A stretch of 64,000 bases of DNA from an uncultured Gammaproteobacteria bacterium (GTDB lineage: Bacteria > Patescibacteriota > Patescibacteriia > Patescibacteriales > UBA12465), in assembly GCA_964355275.1 (NCBI GenBank), contig CAYHCB010000003.1, forward strand, positions 7,052 to 71,051, read 5' to 3'. Every line of letters begins with the position of its first letter. Within the stretch, counting starts at the first letter, position 1. This document shows, in pieces, positions 16,222 through 24,555 of this stretch. The notes under the pieces are model-generated. The model was not told the DNA's origin, searched no databases, and saw nothing but the letters and a program-made list of their open reading frames with translations. A program made the position numbers and the translations under genes.

Positions 16222-16695
16222 ATTGTTTTTTTTATTAACTATTTTTAAACAAAGTCTAATAACAGCTCTATCTAAATATTTCTCTGACTCAGGCAACTCT
16301 TTATAAATTTCTCTCTGTAAAATAGAGGCAATTCGCTTATTTCTCATCAACCATTTTTTATGTAAAATGGCGCTAGCTTTTTCAATAAAATCCTTATTTA
16401 GCTGCTCATTATTATTTTTTGCTTTATATACTTCCGTTAGAGCAACGCCAGCTGATTTTTCATTTTCCAGGCGCCAATCTTGAGGCAAATCTTTATACTT
16501 AGTATTAGCGATATCTAAATAACTGGTTCGATGAAGCTTAATCCAAACTTTATCCTTAGTTTTTTCAATCATCGACGTACATTGACCATCACTTTTTTGA
16601 CGTAAAGATTGCCATTTTTTATGTAAAAGTGGGGCTAATAAAATAATTTGCTCTAATTTTTTATCTTTCTCTTTTTTAGTTATTAAATAAGCCAT
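16213..16695 (-). CDS. Hypothetical protein, possibly RyR-domain-like
   Basis: 160 aa. Two segments resemble the bacterial RyR-domain pattern (xxLHxxW...LPexeKxxDR): LAPLLHKKWQSL...YKDLPQDWRLENEKSAG and ASAILHKKWLMRN...YKELPESEKYLDRAVIRL. The assignment is from memory and tentative. Confidence 0.45.
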   Translation of the reverse strand: MAYLITKKEKDKKLEQIILLAPLLHKKWQSLRQKSDGQCTSMIEKTKDKVWIKLHRTSYLDIANTKYKDLPQDWRLENEKSAGVALTEVYKAKNNNEQLNKDFIEKASAILHKKWLMRNKRIASILQREIYKELPESEKYLDRAVIRLCLKIVNKKNNKK

Positions 16696-16821
16696 AAAAA
16701 AATATTTATATTTTTATAATAATGCCATTGTTTTAAAAAAATAGCACTGCTTCCTACTTTTACATTTTAGCCTATTTCTTAGCAATAAAAAACCTAGCAA
16801 AATATTGCACCACTTTTACTC

Positions 16822-16850
16822 TTGTCAAAGGAATATTTTTTTGTTAGTAT
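16822..16850 (+). promoter_or_regulatory. Putative promoter for the tRNA-Lys/tRNA-Thr pair (TTGTCA-N17-TAGTAT)
   Basis: TTGTCA at 16822..16827 and TAGTAT at 16845..16850. tRNA-Lys starts 19 nt downstream. Confidence 0.4.
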
Positions 16851-16869
16851 CAAATATAGTTTGTATGAT

Positions 16870-16942
16870 GCGCCTATAGCTCAGTTGGTAGAGCAGATCC
16901 CTTTTAAGGATAAGGTCGCTGGTTCGAGTCCAGCTGGGCGCA
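16870..16942 (+). tRNA. tRNA-Lys (anticodon UUU)
   Basis: Hand-folded: acceptor GCGCCTA/TGGGCGC, D-arm GCTC-AGTTGGTA-GAGC, anticodon loop CT-TTT-AA, T-arm GCTGG-TTCGAGT-CCAGC. No encoded CCA. Confidence 0.9.
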
Positions 16943-16978
16943 CAATAATCCGTGTTTTACGGATTTTATATTTATAAA

Positions 16979-17051
16979 GCCGACTTAGCTCAGCTGGTAG
17001 AGCAGCTGTCTTGTAAACAGCAGGTCGTCGGTCCGAACCCGACAGTCGGCT
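16979..17051 (+). tRNA. tRNA-Thr (anticodon UGU) with atypical T-loop (TCCGAAC)
   Basis: Hand-folded: acceptor GCCGACT/AGTCGGC, D-arm GCTC-AGCTGGTA-GAGC, anticodon stem GCTGT/ACAGC with loop CT-TGT-AA, T-arm GTCGG-TCCGAAC-CCGAC. Position 55 is C rather than the near-universal U. Confidence 0.85.
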
Positions 17052-17054
17052 CAC

Positions 17055-17096
17055 AAAAAAAGATTAATAGCCCATTGGCGCTAATTAATCTTTTTT
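17055..17096 (+). terminator. Rho-independent terminator after the tRNA pair
   Basis: AAGATTAAT...ATTAATCTT forms a 9-bp stem around a GC-containing loop, followed by TTTTT. Confidence 0.6.
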
Positions 17097-17198
17097 GTTA
17101 TTAGCTAAAACGGTGCATAAAACGTTAATAAAATCTTAATAACTCGGCTTGAATAATGTCTTCTCTTAGGCTAAGATATAGAAACAATAAATACTACT

Positions 17199-18599
17199 AT
17201 GGCTCAAACAGAAAAAAATCCTTTAGAAAAAATACCACCTCACAGCTTGGAAGCTGAGGAGTCTTTACTTGGTTCCCTACTTATTGATAAGGACGCTATT
17301 ATCCGTGTAGCTGACAGTATTTTACCGCAAGATTTTTATAAAGATGCCCATAAAATTGTTTTTGAAACTATTAAAGAACTTTACGGTAACCAGGAGCCGA
17401 TTGATATTATTACCCTATCTAACCGCTTGGAAGAAAAAAAGCAATTAACGACTATTGGTGGTCGCACTTTTTTAGCTCACTTATCCAATATCGTAGCTAC
17501 CTCAGCTAATATTGTGCACTACGCAAATATCATTCAACGTAAAGCTACTTTACGACGCTTGCAACAGGCTGCCTCAGAAATCATGACTATTAGTTATGAC
17601 GAAGAAAGAGAAATAGATGAAGTGCTTGATGAAACAGAAAAGAAAATTTTTGCAGTATCTAGAAAATATTTAAAAAATGCTTTTTTACCAATTGATAGTT
17701 TACTTAGTGAAGCTTTTGAACGTATCGATGATTTACATAAAAAAAGTGGCGGCGGATTACGTGGCCTATCTACTGGATTTAATGATTTAGATAACTTACT
17801 CGCGGGATTACAAAAATCTGATTTACTTATTCTAGCAGCGCGTCCATCGGTAGGAAAAACTTCACTGGCGCTAGATATTGCTCGCCAAGCGGCTATTAAA
17901 AATAAAGTTGGCGTAGGAATCTTCTCTTTAGAAATGAGTAAAGAACAATTAGTTGATCGCATGCTTTGTGCTCAAGCCCAGGTTAATCTTTGGAAAATGC
18001 GCACCGGCAACTTAAGCGACAAAGAAGATGATAACGATTTTACTAAAATAGCTGATGCTATGGGTAAATTAGCCGAAGCCCAAATATATATTGATGATTC
18101 CGGAACGCTTTCAATTATGGAAATTCGAGCTAAATGCCGTCGACTACAAATGGAAAAAGGTTTAGGTTTAATTGTTATTGACTATTTACAGTTAATGGAA
18201 GGTAAAGGAAAATATGGCGAAAATAGAGTACAAGAAATTGCCGAAATTAGTCGTGGTCTTAAATCTATAGCTCGCGAACTTAATATTCCAATTTTAGCTT
18301 TAGCTCAGTTGTCTCGTGCGGTTGAGGCCTTATCGCCAGCTATACCTAAATTATCTCACTTACGCGACTCTGGTTCGATTGAACAGGATGCCGATATTGT
18401 AATGTTTATTTATCGTAAAGCCGCTGATAGAAGTTTTAATCCGGCCGATTTGCCACTTGATGAAAGATACAAAGCCGAAATTCATATTGCTAAACACCGC
18501 AATGGACCAACTGGAAAAATAGATTTATTTTTTGATGAAAATACTGCCAGTTTCCGTAGTGTAGCCAAACAAAATAATACAAAGCCGGTAGAATTTTAA
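17199..18599 (+). CDS. dnaB: Replicative DNA helicase DnaB
   Basis: 466 aa. N-terminal PPHSLEAEESLLGSLL, Walker A ARPSVGKTSLALD, then IVIDYLQLM and SGSIEQDADIVMFIYR. No intein insertion. Confidence 0.95.
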   Translation: MAQTEKNPLEKIPPHSLEAEESLLGSLLIDKDAIIRVADSILPQDFYKDAHKIVFETIKELYGNQEPIDIITLSNRLEEKKQLTTIGGRTFLAHLSNIVATSANIVHYANIIQRKATLRRLQQAASEIMTISYDEEREIDEVLDETEKKIFAVSRKYLKNAFLPIDSLLSEAFERIDDLHKKSGGGLRGLSTGFNDLDNLLAGLQKSDLLILAARPSVGKTSLALDIARQAAIKNKVGVGIFSLEMSKEQLVDRMLCAQAQVNLWKMRTGNLSDKEDDNDFTKIADAMGKLAEAQIYIDDSGTLSIMEIRAKCRRLQMEKGLGLIVIDYLQLMEGKGKYGENRVQEIAEISRGLKSIARELNIPILALAQLSRAVEALSPAIPKLSHLRDSGSIEQDADIVMFIYRKAADRSFNPADLPLDERYKAEIHIAKHRNGPTGKIDLFFDENTASFRSVAKQNNTKPVEF

Positions 18600-18622
18600 T
18601 AAATTAATTAATTTTATATTCT

Positions 18623-18898
18623 ATGTTTAACAAATTAAAACAATTAAAAGATTTAAGAAGCCATGCTAAGACTATGCAAGATGCCTTGTCTGGAGAAAGG
18701 GTTACTGAAGAGCGTGGAGGCATAAAAATTGTGATGAATGGTAATATGGAAATTTTGTCAGTTAATATTGCTGATGGTTTATCTAAAGAAGCAACAGAAA
18801 CTAGTGTAAAAAATTGTGTAAACGATAGTATTAAAAAAGCCCAACGTTTAATGGCTAAAAAACTGCAAGATATGGGCGGTTTTCCTGGATTAAACTAG
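18623..18898 (+). CDS. ybaB: YbaB/EbfC-family nucleoid-associated protein
   Basis: 91 aa. Size, synteny immediately upstream of recR, and the pattern GGIKIVMNGNMEILSVNI...VNDSIKKAQ all fit. Confidence 0.8.
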   Translation: MFNKLKQLKDLRSHAKTMQDALSGERVTEERGGIKIVMNGNMEILSVNIADGLSKEATETSVKNCVNDSIKKAQRLMAKKLQDMGGFPGLN

Positions 18899-18913
18899 GA
18901 CTTAGATAAATAA

Positions 18914-19516
18914 ATGCGCTTCCCTCGCGCGATTGCTAATTTAATAGAAGCTTTTTCCGAGCTGCCTAGCGTTGGCCCAAAAACAGCCGAACGTTATGTT
19001 TTTTATTTATTAAAAAGCTCACCAGAAAAATTAGAAAACTTAGCTAAATCACTGAGTGAGCTAAAAAATAATATTACAGTTTGTTCCAGTTGTCTCTCAA
19101 TTTCGGAAACTAGCCCCTGCGCTATTTGCTCTAATTCCCAAAGGAAAACTGATACTTTATGTTTGGTAGAAAACACCCAGGACATGTTATCGTTAGAAGC
19201 CACAAGACAACACCTAGGGCAATATTTTATATTAGGTGGCTTAGTCAATACCATCGAAAATATTAAACCAGAAGATTTAAATGTTGAAAAATTACTTCGT
19301 AAGATTAAACAGGATAACTTAAAAGAGATTATTCTGGCTCTTAACTTTACCCTAGAGGGAGAAACAACGGCCTTATATTTAAATAAAATATTACAAAGTT
19401 ATAATATAAAAATTACCCGACTGGCCAAAGGATTGCCGGCTGGCTCTGATTTAGAATATGCCGATGAGACTACTCTAGCAACAGCTTTCAAATATAGAAA
19501 TGAAATAATAAAATAA
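18914..19516 (+). CDS. recR: Recombination protein RecR
   Basis: 200 aa. Helix-hairpin-helix LPSVGPKTAERY, C4 zinc finger CSSC...CAIC, and a Toprim domain (LCLVENTQDMLSLE). Confidence 0.95.
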   Translation: MRFPRAIANLIEAFSELPSVGPKTAERYVFYLLKSSPEKLENLAKSLSELKNNITVCSSCLSISETSPCAICSNSQRKTDTLCLVENTQDMLSLEATRQHLGQYFILGGLVNTIENIKPEDLNVEKLLRKIKQDNLKEIILALNFTLEGETTALYLNKILQSYNIKITRLAKGLPAGSDLEYADETTLATAFKYRNEIIK

Positions 19517-19532
19517 AAAAAGGAGGTTTATT

Positions 19533-19718
19533 GTGGTTTCTTCAGTGTTCGTTTATTTTATGTTTTTAGTAGTTGTATTTTTCATTGGATATTTATCCAA
19601 AAAATTTCCAAAAATTTACTGGCTGAAAAAATTAGCTAATTACTTAGATAAAAGGTTAGGTAAATTAAAAAAATTTTTGAAAAATATCTACAAAAAATCC
19701 GCTATCTGTAATAGGTAG
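19533..19718 (+). CDS. Small membrane protein (one TM helix plus basic tail), GTG start
   Basis: 61 codons. A perfect AGGAGG at 19521..19526 lies 6 nt before the GTG, whereas most other starts I inspected here lack an obvious SD. The N-terminus VSSVFVYFMFLVVVFFIGYL is hydrophobic. The stop lies inside a terminator hairpin. Confidence 0.45.
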   Translation: MVSSVFVYFMFLVVVFFIGYLSKKFPKIYWLKKLANYLDKRLGKLKKFLKNIYKKSAICNR

Positions 19719-19728
19719 CGGATTTTTA
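19692..19728. terminator. Bidirectional terminator between the recR/sORF unit (+) and rplU (-)
   Basis: A5-ATCCGCTA-(11-nt loop)-TAGCGGAT-T5, with an 8-bp perfect stem. Confidence 0.6.
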
Positions 19729-19750
19729 TAAACAGTTAGGGTGTTTTAAT

Positions 19751-20062
19751 TTAAGCAATAGCGGTGATTTTAACAGCAGTTTTAAGTTGACGATGACCAA
19801 CTGTTTTTTTATAACGAGTCTTACTCTTATATTTCACAACAGTGACCTTATCATCTTTAGCTGTTTTAATAATTTCTCCACTTACTTTTTCTCCCAAAAA
19901 TGGCACACCAATCTCTAGGTTGTTTGCCTCTTCATCGGAAATAAGTAATGTTTCAAATTTAACAGTCTGGCCAGCTTCAGCTTCTAGTTTTTCAACTTTA
20001 ATAGTTTGACCTTCTTTGACTCTGTATTGCTTGCCTCCGGTTTTAATAATGGCGATTTTCAT
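19751..20062 (-). CDS. rplU: 50S ribosomal protein L21
   Basis: 103 aa. MKIAIIKTGGKQYRVKEGQTIKVEKL...KYKSKTRYKKTVGHRQ is the canonical L21 sequence pattern. Confidence 0.95.
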   Translation of the reverse strand: MKIAIIKTGGKQYRVKEGQTIKVEKLEAEAGQTVKFETLLISDEEANNLEIGVPFLGEKVSGEIIKTAKDDKVTVVKYKSKTRYKKTVGHRQLKTAVKITAIA

Positions 20063-20214
20063 AGAATATTTACTAATTTAAGAATAAAAATAGCCAAGGT
20101 ACGCTGGGCGCTGTTACAGTTGGCTTAAGATATGTACTTATATTATCAAATATTTGAAAAATGTCAATAAATAGATTATAGTGAGTAGGAAGACTATAAT
20201 TAATAAAGATAATT

Positions 20215-21477
20215 ATGCCAAAATTTATAATTACCGGTGGAGCCAAACTATCTGGCCAAATTGCCGTAAGTGGAGCTAAAAACTCAGCTTTAAAAATAAT
20301 ACCAGCAGCCATACTATCTAAAGAACCAATAACTATTAAGAATTTACCAGCAATTGAAGATGTTGATCGCTCTTTTGAGTTACTTGAATCAATGGGGGCA
20401 AGTATTACTAAAACAAAAAATGGGGTTATTATATCCACAAAAAATATTAATACTACCGAACTAGAACAAAAAATGGCTGATAAGTTTCGCGGATCGATTA
20501 TGTTTGTTGGTCCAATGTTAGCTAGATATGGTCAAGTTAAATTCCCTCACCCGGGTGGTTGTGTAATTGGCGCCGGTGGAAGACCAATTGATTTATTTAT
20601 TGATGGCTATAAAGCTTTCGGTGCAGAGGTTGAAGAAAATCATGGTCATTTTTATTATATAAAAGCTAAAAAATTAAAACCAGCTAATTACTTTTTCCCA
20701 CTTGTTAGCGTCACGGCCACTGAAAGTATGTTAATGACAGCGGCTATAATCCCTGGCAAAACCACTCTTAAAAATTGTGCCATGGAACCAGAAATTGAAG
20801 CACTAGCTGAGTATTTAAATAAACAAGGAGCTAAAATAAAAGGAGCCGGTTCACCAATTATTACCATTGAAGGAACAAAAAATTTAAAAGCAGGAACGTT
20901 TACTGTTATTCCTGATCGGATTGAAACAGGCTCGTTCGCTATTTTAGCTGCCGCTTCTAAATCAGAAATTACAATTACTAACTGTAACCCGGAGCATGTT
21001 ATGACACTGCTAACTATTTTTAAAAAAATTGGTGTTAATTTTGAAATTGGTAAGACTTGGATAAAAATTAAAAAAAGTGGTAACCTAACGGCTCATGATA
21101 TTAAAACTCATGAATACCCTGGTTTCGCCACTGACTTACAATCCCCTTATATTGTTCTTATGACCCAAGCACATGGCACGTCCTTAATCCACGAAACAAT
21201 ATACGACAGACGACTTATCTGGACTGATATGCTCTATCAAATGGGTGCTAATGTAACTATGTGTGACCCCCATCGAGTTGTCGTTCAAGGACCGACTAAA
21301 TTATACGGAAAACGTTTAATTAGTCCTGATTTGCGAGCAGGAATAGCCCTCGTAATCGCTGGTTTAATTGCTAAAGGAACGACCGAAATTGATAATATTT
21401 ATCAAATTGATCGTGGCTATGAACAATTAGAAGTCAGGTTACAAAAAATAGGCGCCAATATAAAAAGAATCGACTAA
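20215..21477 (+). CDS. murA: UDP-N-acetylglucosamine 1-carboxyvinyltransferase
   Basis: 420 aa. Motifs are GGAKLSGQIAVSGAKNSALK, the active-site loop HPGGCVIGAGGRPID, and YPGFATDLQ. Confidence 0.95.
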   Translation: MPKFIITGGAKLSGQIAVSGAKNSALKIIPAAILSKEPITIKNLPAIEDVDRSFELLESMGASITKTKNGVIISTKNINTTELEQKMADKFRGSIMFVGPMLARYGQVKFPHPGGCVIGAGGRPIDLFIDGYKAFGAEVEENHGHFYYIKAKKLKPANYFFPLVSVTATESMLMTAAIIPGKTTLKNCAMEPEIEALAEYLNKQGAKIKGAGSPIITIEGTKNLKAGTFTVIPDRIETGSFAILAAASKSEITITNCNPEHVMTLLTIFKKIGVNFEIGKTWIKIKKSGNLTAHDIKTHEYPGFATDLQSPYIVLMTQAHGTSLIHETIYDRRLIWTDMLYQMGANVTMCDPHRVVVQGPTKLYGKRLISPDLRAGIALVIAGLIAKGTTEIDNIYQIDRGYEQLEVRLQKIGANIKRID

Positions 21478-21480
21478 AAT

Positions 21481-22812
21481 ATGACAAAAAAAATACGCGA
21501 CCTCCTCTTTGCAAATTTTGTTTTTTTATTTGTGGTTATAACTATTATTTTGTCTTTATATGCAACCGGTTATCGTTTCAATTTAACCTGGCCGCTGAGA
21601 TTTGATAGAGTATTAATCAAAACTGGCACGCTAGCTTTAGACACAAGCCCTAAAGGGGCAACTGTTTTAATTACTAGCGAAACTAAAATAAGTTCTGTTT
21701 TTCCAGCCATTAACTCTAAAAAAGACAAACTTACTCCAATTAAAATAAAAAACTTATTACCCGGAGAATACACGGTATCTTTTAATTTAGATGACTACTG
21801 GCCCTATGAAAAAAAATTACGAGTAAACCCAGAACAAACAACTTTTCTAGAGGATGTTATTTTATTTAAAAAAAGTTTACCTCTAAATATTTTTAATACT
21901 AAAGCACAAAAAACTAATTATGCCCCTAATGGTAGTTATGCCTGGTTAGAAAATGATGGAGAAATTATAAATATAAAAAGTGGACAAAGTATTGCAAAAG
22001 TTAACGCAAACAAAATAAATTGGGTAAATAGTGGCAAACAAATATTAGATGGGACAAGGCTAATAAATTTAGATAATAGCAGTATTCAAGATTATAAAAA
22101 TTTAATTGGCGAAGCAGAGGAAGCTAAGATGTCCGAAAGTAATGATTTCATTATTTATTTATATAAAAATAACTTAGCCGCCTTAGATTTAAGTTCCAAG
22201 GCAACCACCTTAATACCGGCCAGTGGAATAATTTTAAACTATGAAATTAGTGGCAATACTTTAGTTATTATTGTTTCAAATAATGAAAAGACAGAAATTA
22301 AAAGTTTTGATTTAATAAATAGAATTTTTTTAAGCTCCGAGGAACTATTAGCTGCAAAAGATTTTTCCTTAAATCAAGATAATCAAAAAAATATTATATT
22401 ATCAGATAATGAACACAGAATTATCTACATACTTTCAGTTGGTGAAAAAAATAAAATTGTTAAAAATATTATAAGAGGAGCTACCACTTTTAAATGGTTA
22501 GATGAAAATAGACTAGCTTATATTCTAGAATCAGAAATATATATTTATGATTTAAATCAAAATAAATCACACCTACTAACTAGATTTAGTGAACAAATCA
22601 ATTCCCTAGCTTGGAGCTCAAGTAATTATTTAATTTATGCTACTGAAAATACTATTGGCACGATTAATTTAACTGATAATGGGAATGACTTGATATCTTT
22701 GTGGAAAGGAGAGAATATTTCTTCATTATACTTCGATGATAAAAATGATATTCTCTACTTCTCTGGTTCAATTGGACAACAAGGCGGTTTATATAAAATG
22801 AATATACGTTAA
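21481..22812 (+). CDS. Membrane-anchored PEGA-domain / beta-propeller-like protein
   Basis: 443 aa with one N-terminal TM helix (FANFVFLFVVITIILSLYATG). A PEGA-like module follows (LDTSPKGATVLITSE...LLPGEYTVSF...YWPYEKKLRV). The C-terminal half is repetitive and beta-rich, TolB/WD40-like. Starts 3 nt after murA. Confidence 0.6.
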   Translation: MTKKIRDLLFANFVFLFVVITIILSLYATGYRFNLTWPLRFDRVLIKTGTLALDTSPKGATVLITSETKISSVFPAINSKKDKLTPIKIKNLLPGEYTVSFNLDDYWPYEKKLRVNPEQTTFLEDVILFKKSLPLNIFNTKAQKTNYAPNGSYAWLENDGEIINIKSGQSIAKVNANKINWVNSGKQILDGTRLINLDNSSIQDYKNLIGEAEEAKMSESNDFIIYLYKNNLAALDLSSKATTLIPASGIILNYEISGNTLVIIVSNNEKTEIKSFDLINRIFLSSEELLAAKDFSLNQDNQKNIILSDNEHRIIYILSVGEKNKIVKNIIRGATTFKWLDENRLAYILESEIYIYDLNQNKSHLLTRFSEQINSLAWSSSNYLIYATENTIGTINLTDNGNDLISLWKGENISSLYFDDKNDILYFSGSIGQQGGLYKMNIR

Positions 22813-22823
22813 TAATTACTCAA

Positions 22824-22858
22824 TAAAAAAAATAGACCTAATTTAGGTCTATTTTTTA
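22824..22858. terminator. Bidirectional terminator
   Basis: A8-ATAGACCTA-att-TAGGTCTAT-T5, a 9-bp perfect stem, between convergent genes. Confidence 0.65.
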
Positions 22859-22878
22859 TTTATCTTTATTTTTTAAAA

Positions 22879-23781
22879 TTAAATTTTTAAAGCGATCTCT
22901 TTTATTAATTCTTTTAAACTATCACCAACCTCTTGGTTTTTAAGGCCCAATTTAATAGTTGCTTTAATAAAACCAAATTTATCACCAGTATCTAACCACT
23001 CCCCTTTTAATTTAACACCGTACAAAGACTGACCCCTTTCAAGTAAAATATCAAAAGCATCAGCTAAACGAATTTCCCCACTTTTACCGCCTTTCATCTC
23101 AGCTAGAATTTTGAATATTTCTGGAGTAATAATATATAAACCAACCGCCACTAAATTAGATGGCGCTTTATCAATTGATGGTTTTTCCACAAACCTTTTA
23201 ATATCATAAATGCTATCGGCAATTTCTGGTCCATCAATCACACCAAATTTAGAAACATCTTCATGCTTAACTTCTGATAGCCCAACTACTGGCTGACCAT
23301 ATTTTTCATAAGCTTCAATTAATTGTTTAACAGGAGAAACTTCGGCGTCATATAAAGTATCGCCAAACATAATAAGAACTGGTTCATTGTCACCGACTAA
23401 ATGAGCAGCGCAATTTATAGCATGACCATCGCCTAAAGGAATTGGTTGGCGAACATAAGAAAACTTAGCTAAATGTTCAATCGCTTCTACTTTAGCAATT
23501 AAATCCAATTTATTTTTTTCAACTAAAGTTTTAGATAGTTCAAATGAATAATCAAAATGATCTTCAATAGCCCGCTTACCTCGGCCAGTAACAAAAACTA
23601 CTTCTTTAATTCCTGCCTCAGCGGCTTGCTCTACTAAATATTGAATCACCGGCTTATCAACTACTGGTAACATTTCTTTAGGTTGAGCTTTGGTAGCTGG
23701 CAAGAATCTAGTTCCAAAACCGGCTACCGGTAGAATTGCTTTTCTTATTTTTTGCATATTTTTTATTTTAAACTTTTCCAT
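22879..23781 (-). CDS. galU: UTP--glucose-1-phosphate uridylyltransferase
   Basis: 300 aa with KAILPVAGFGTRFLPATKAQPKEMLPVVDKP and the VEKP motif. The start may instead be the internal ATG at 23757 (MQKIRKAILP), which would remove the 19-nt overlap with the upstream gene. Confidence 0.9.
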   Translation of the reverse strand: MEKFKIKNMQKIRKAILPVAGFGTRFLPATKAQPKEMLPVVDKPVIQYLVEQAAEAGIKEVVFVTGRGKRAIEDHFDYSFELSKTLVEKNKLDLIAKVEAIEHLAKFSYVRQPIPLGDGHAINCAAHLVGDNEPVLIMFGDTLYDAEVSPVKQLIEAYEKYGQPVVGLSEVKHEDVSKFGVIDGPEIADSIYDIKRFVEKPSIDKAPSNLVAVGLYIITPEIFKILAEMKGGKSGEIRLADAFDILLERGQSLYGVKLKGEWLDTGDKFGFIKATIKLGLKNQEVGDSLKELIKEIALKI

Positions 23782-24554
23782 TTAAAAAAGTATTTAAACG
23801 CTGATTTTAAGTGTTCACGGGCTATTTTATCTTGTAATAAGGATTTATACCAAGGAGAGGCGGCACTTTGACGCATATGATCGTGAACTACTTTAACTAA
23901 TGGATAATAAATCACTGATTGATTACGATAACTGATTTGGCGACATAAATCTACATCCTCAAAATACATAAAATAGCGCTCATCAAATAATTGTTTATTT
24001 TGATTTAAATCAGAGCCCCTAACCATAAAACAAGCACCCATAAGCCAGTCCACCTCTTGAATTTTACTGTGGTCCTGTTGCTTCATTAAATAATGACTTA
24101 ATCTAGAAGGAAAAAAATATCCAATAGCTGTGCGGCGTAACAGTGGTATATAAAATTTAGGAAAACGGGCGCAAGAATACTGTAAAGAATTATCAGGATT
24201 TACTAATTTCGGCCCAATTAAACCAATAATTTTATTTTCTTTTAAATAATAAAAAAGTTGTTTGATGGTATCTTTTTCAAAAATAATATCGGGATTAGAA
24301 ATTAAAATAAACTCACCCTTTGAATTTTTAATACCCAAATTATTACCACCGCCCATCCCTAAATTATTTGGACTCAGTACTATTTTTAAATTAAGATAAA
24401 TATTTGTTAAATCAGATAAATCATCACCGGAGTTATTTTCTACTACAATAATTTCATAATTTAAACCAGCTAAATCAGCTCGGACGATTGAATCCAAACA
24501 ATTTATTAGCTTAACTTTACTTTTATAGTTAACGATTATAACAGAAACATCCAT
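23763..24554 (-). CDS. Glycosyltransferase family 2
   Basis: 263 aa with GT-A signature VSVIIVNYKS...VVENNSGD...GMGGGNNLGI...NPDIIF...FMYFEDVDLC. Confidence 0.85.
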   Translation of the reverse strand: MDVSVIIVNYKSKVKLINCLDSIVRADLAGLNYEIIVVENNSGDDLSDLTNIYLNLKIVLSPNNLGMGGGNNLGIKNSKGEFILISNPDIIFEKDTIKQLFYYLKENKIIGLIGPKLVNPDNSLQYSCARFPKFYIPLLRRTAIGYFFPSRLSHYLMKQQDHSKIQEVDWLMGACFMVRGSDLNQNKQLFDERYFMYFEDVDLCRQISYRNQSVIYYPLVKVVHDHMRQSAASPWYKSLLQDKIAREHLKSAFKYFFKWKSLK

Positions 24555-24555
24555 A

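Noticed and set aside
17594-17962. 122-aa minus-strand ORF inside dnaB
   Set aside because: A shadow ORF opposite conserved DnaB motifs, with a Ser-rich composition and no independent signals. The same reasoning applies to 12186..12440, 14015..14218, 19003..19254, 21570..21773, 26976..27176, 28385..28615, 32099..32317, 35628..35846, 37339..37608, 58702..58923, 60771..60953 and 63495..63728.
20073-20438. 121-aa minus-strand ORF overlapping the murA start and the rplU/murA intergenic region
   Set aside because: It overlaps the well-supported murA N-terminus in antisense and spans a promoter-rich intergenic region. No motif is present.
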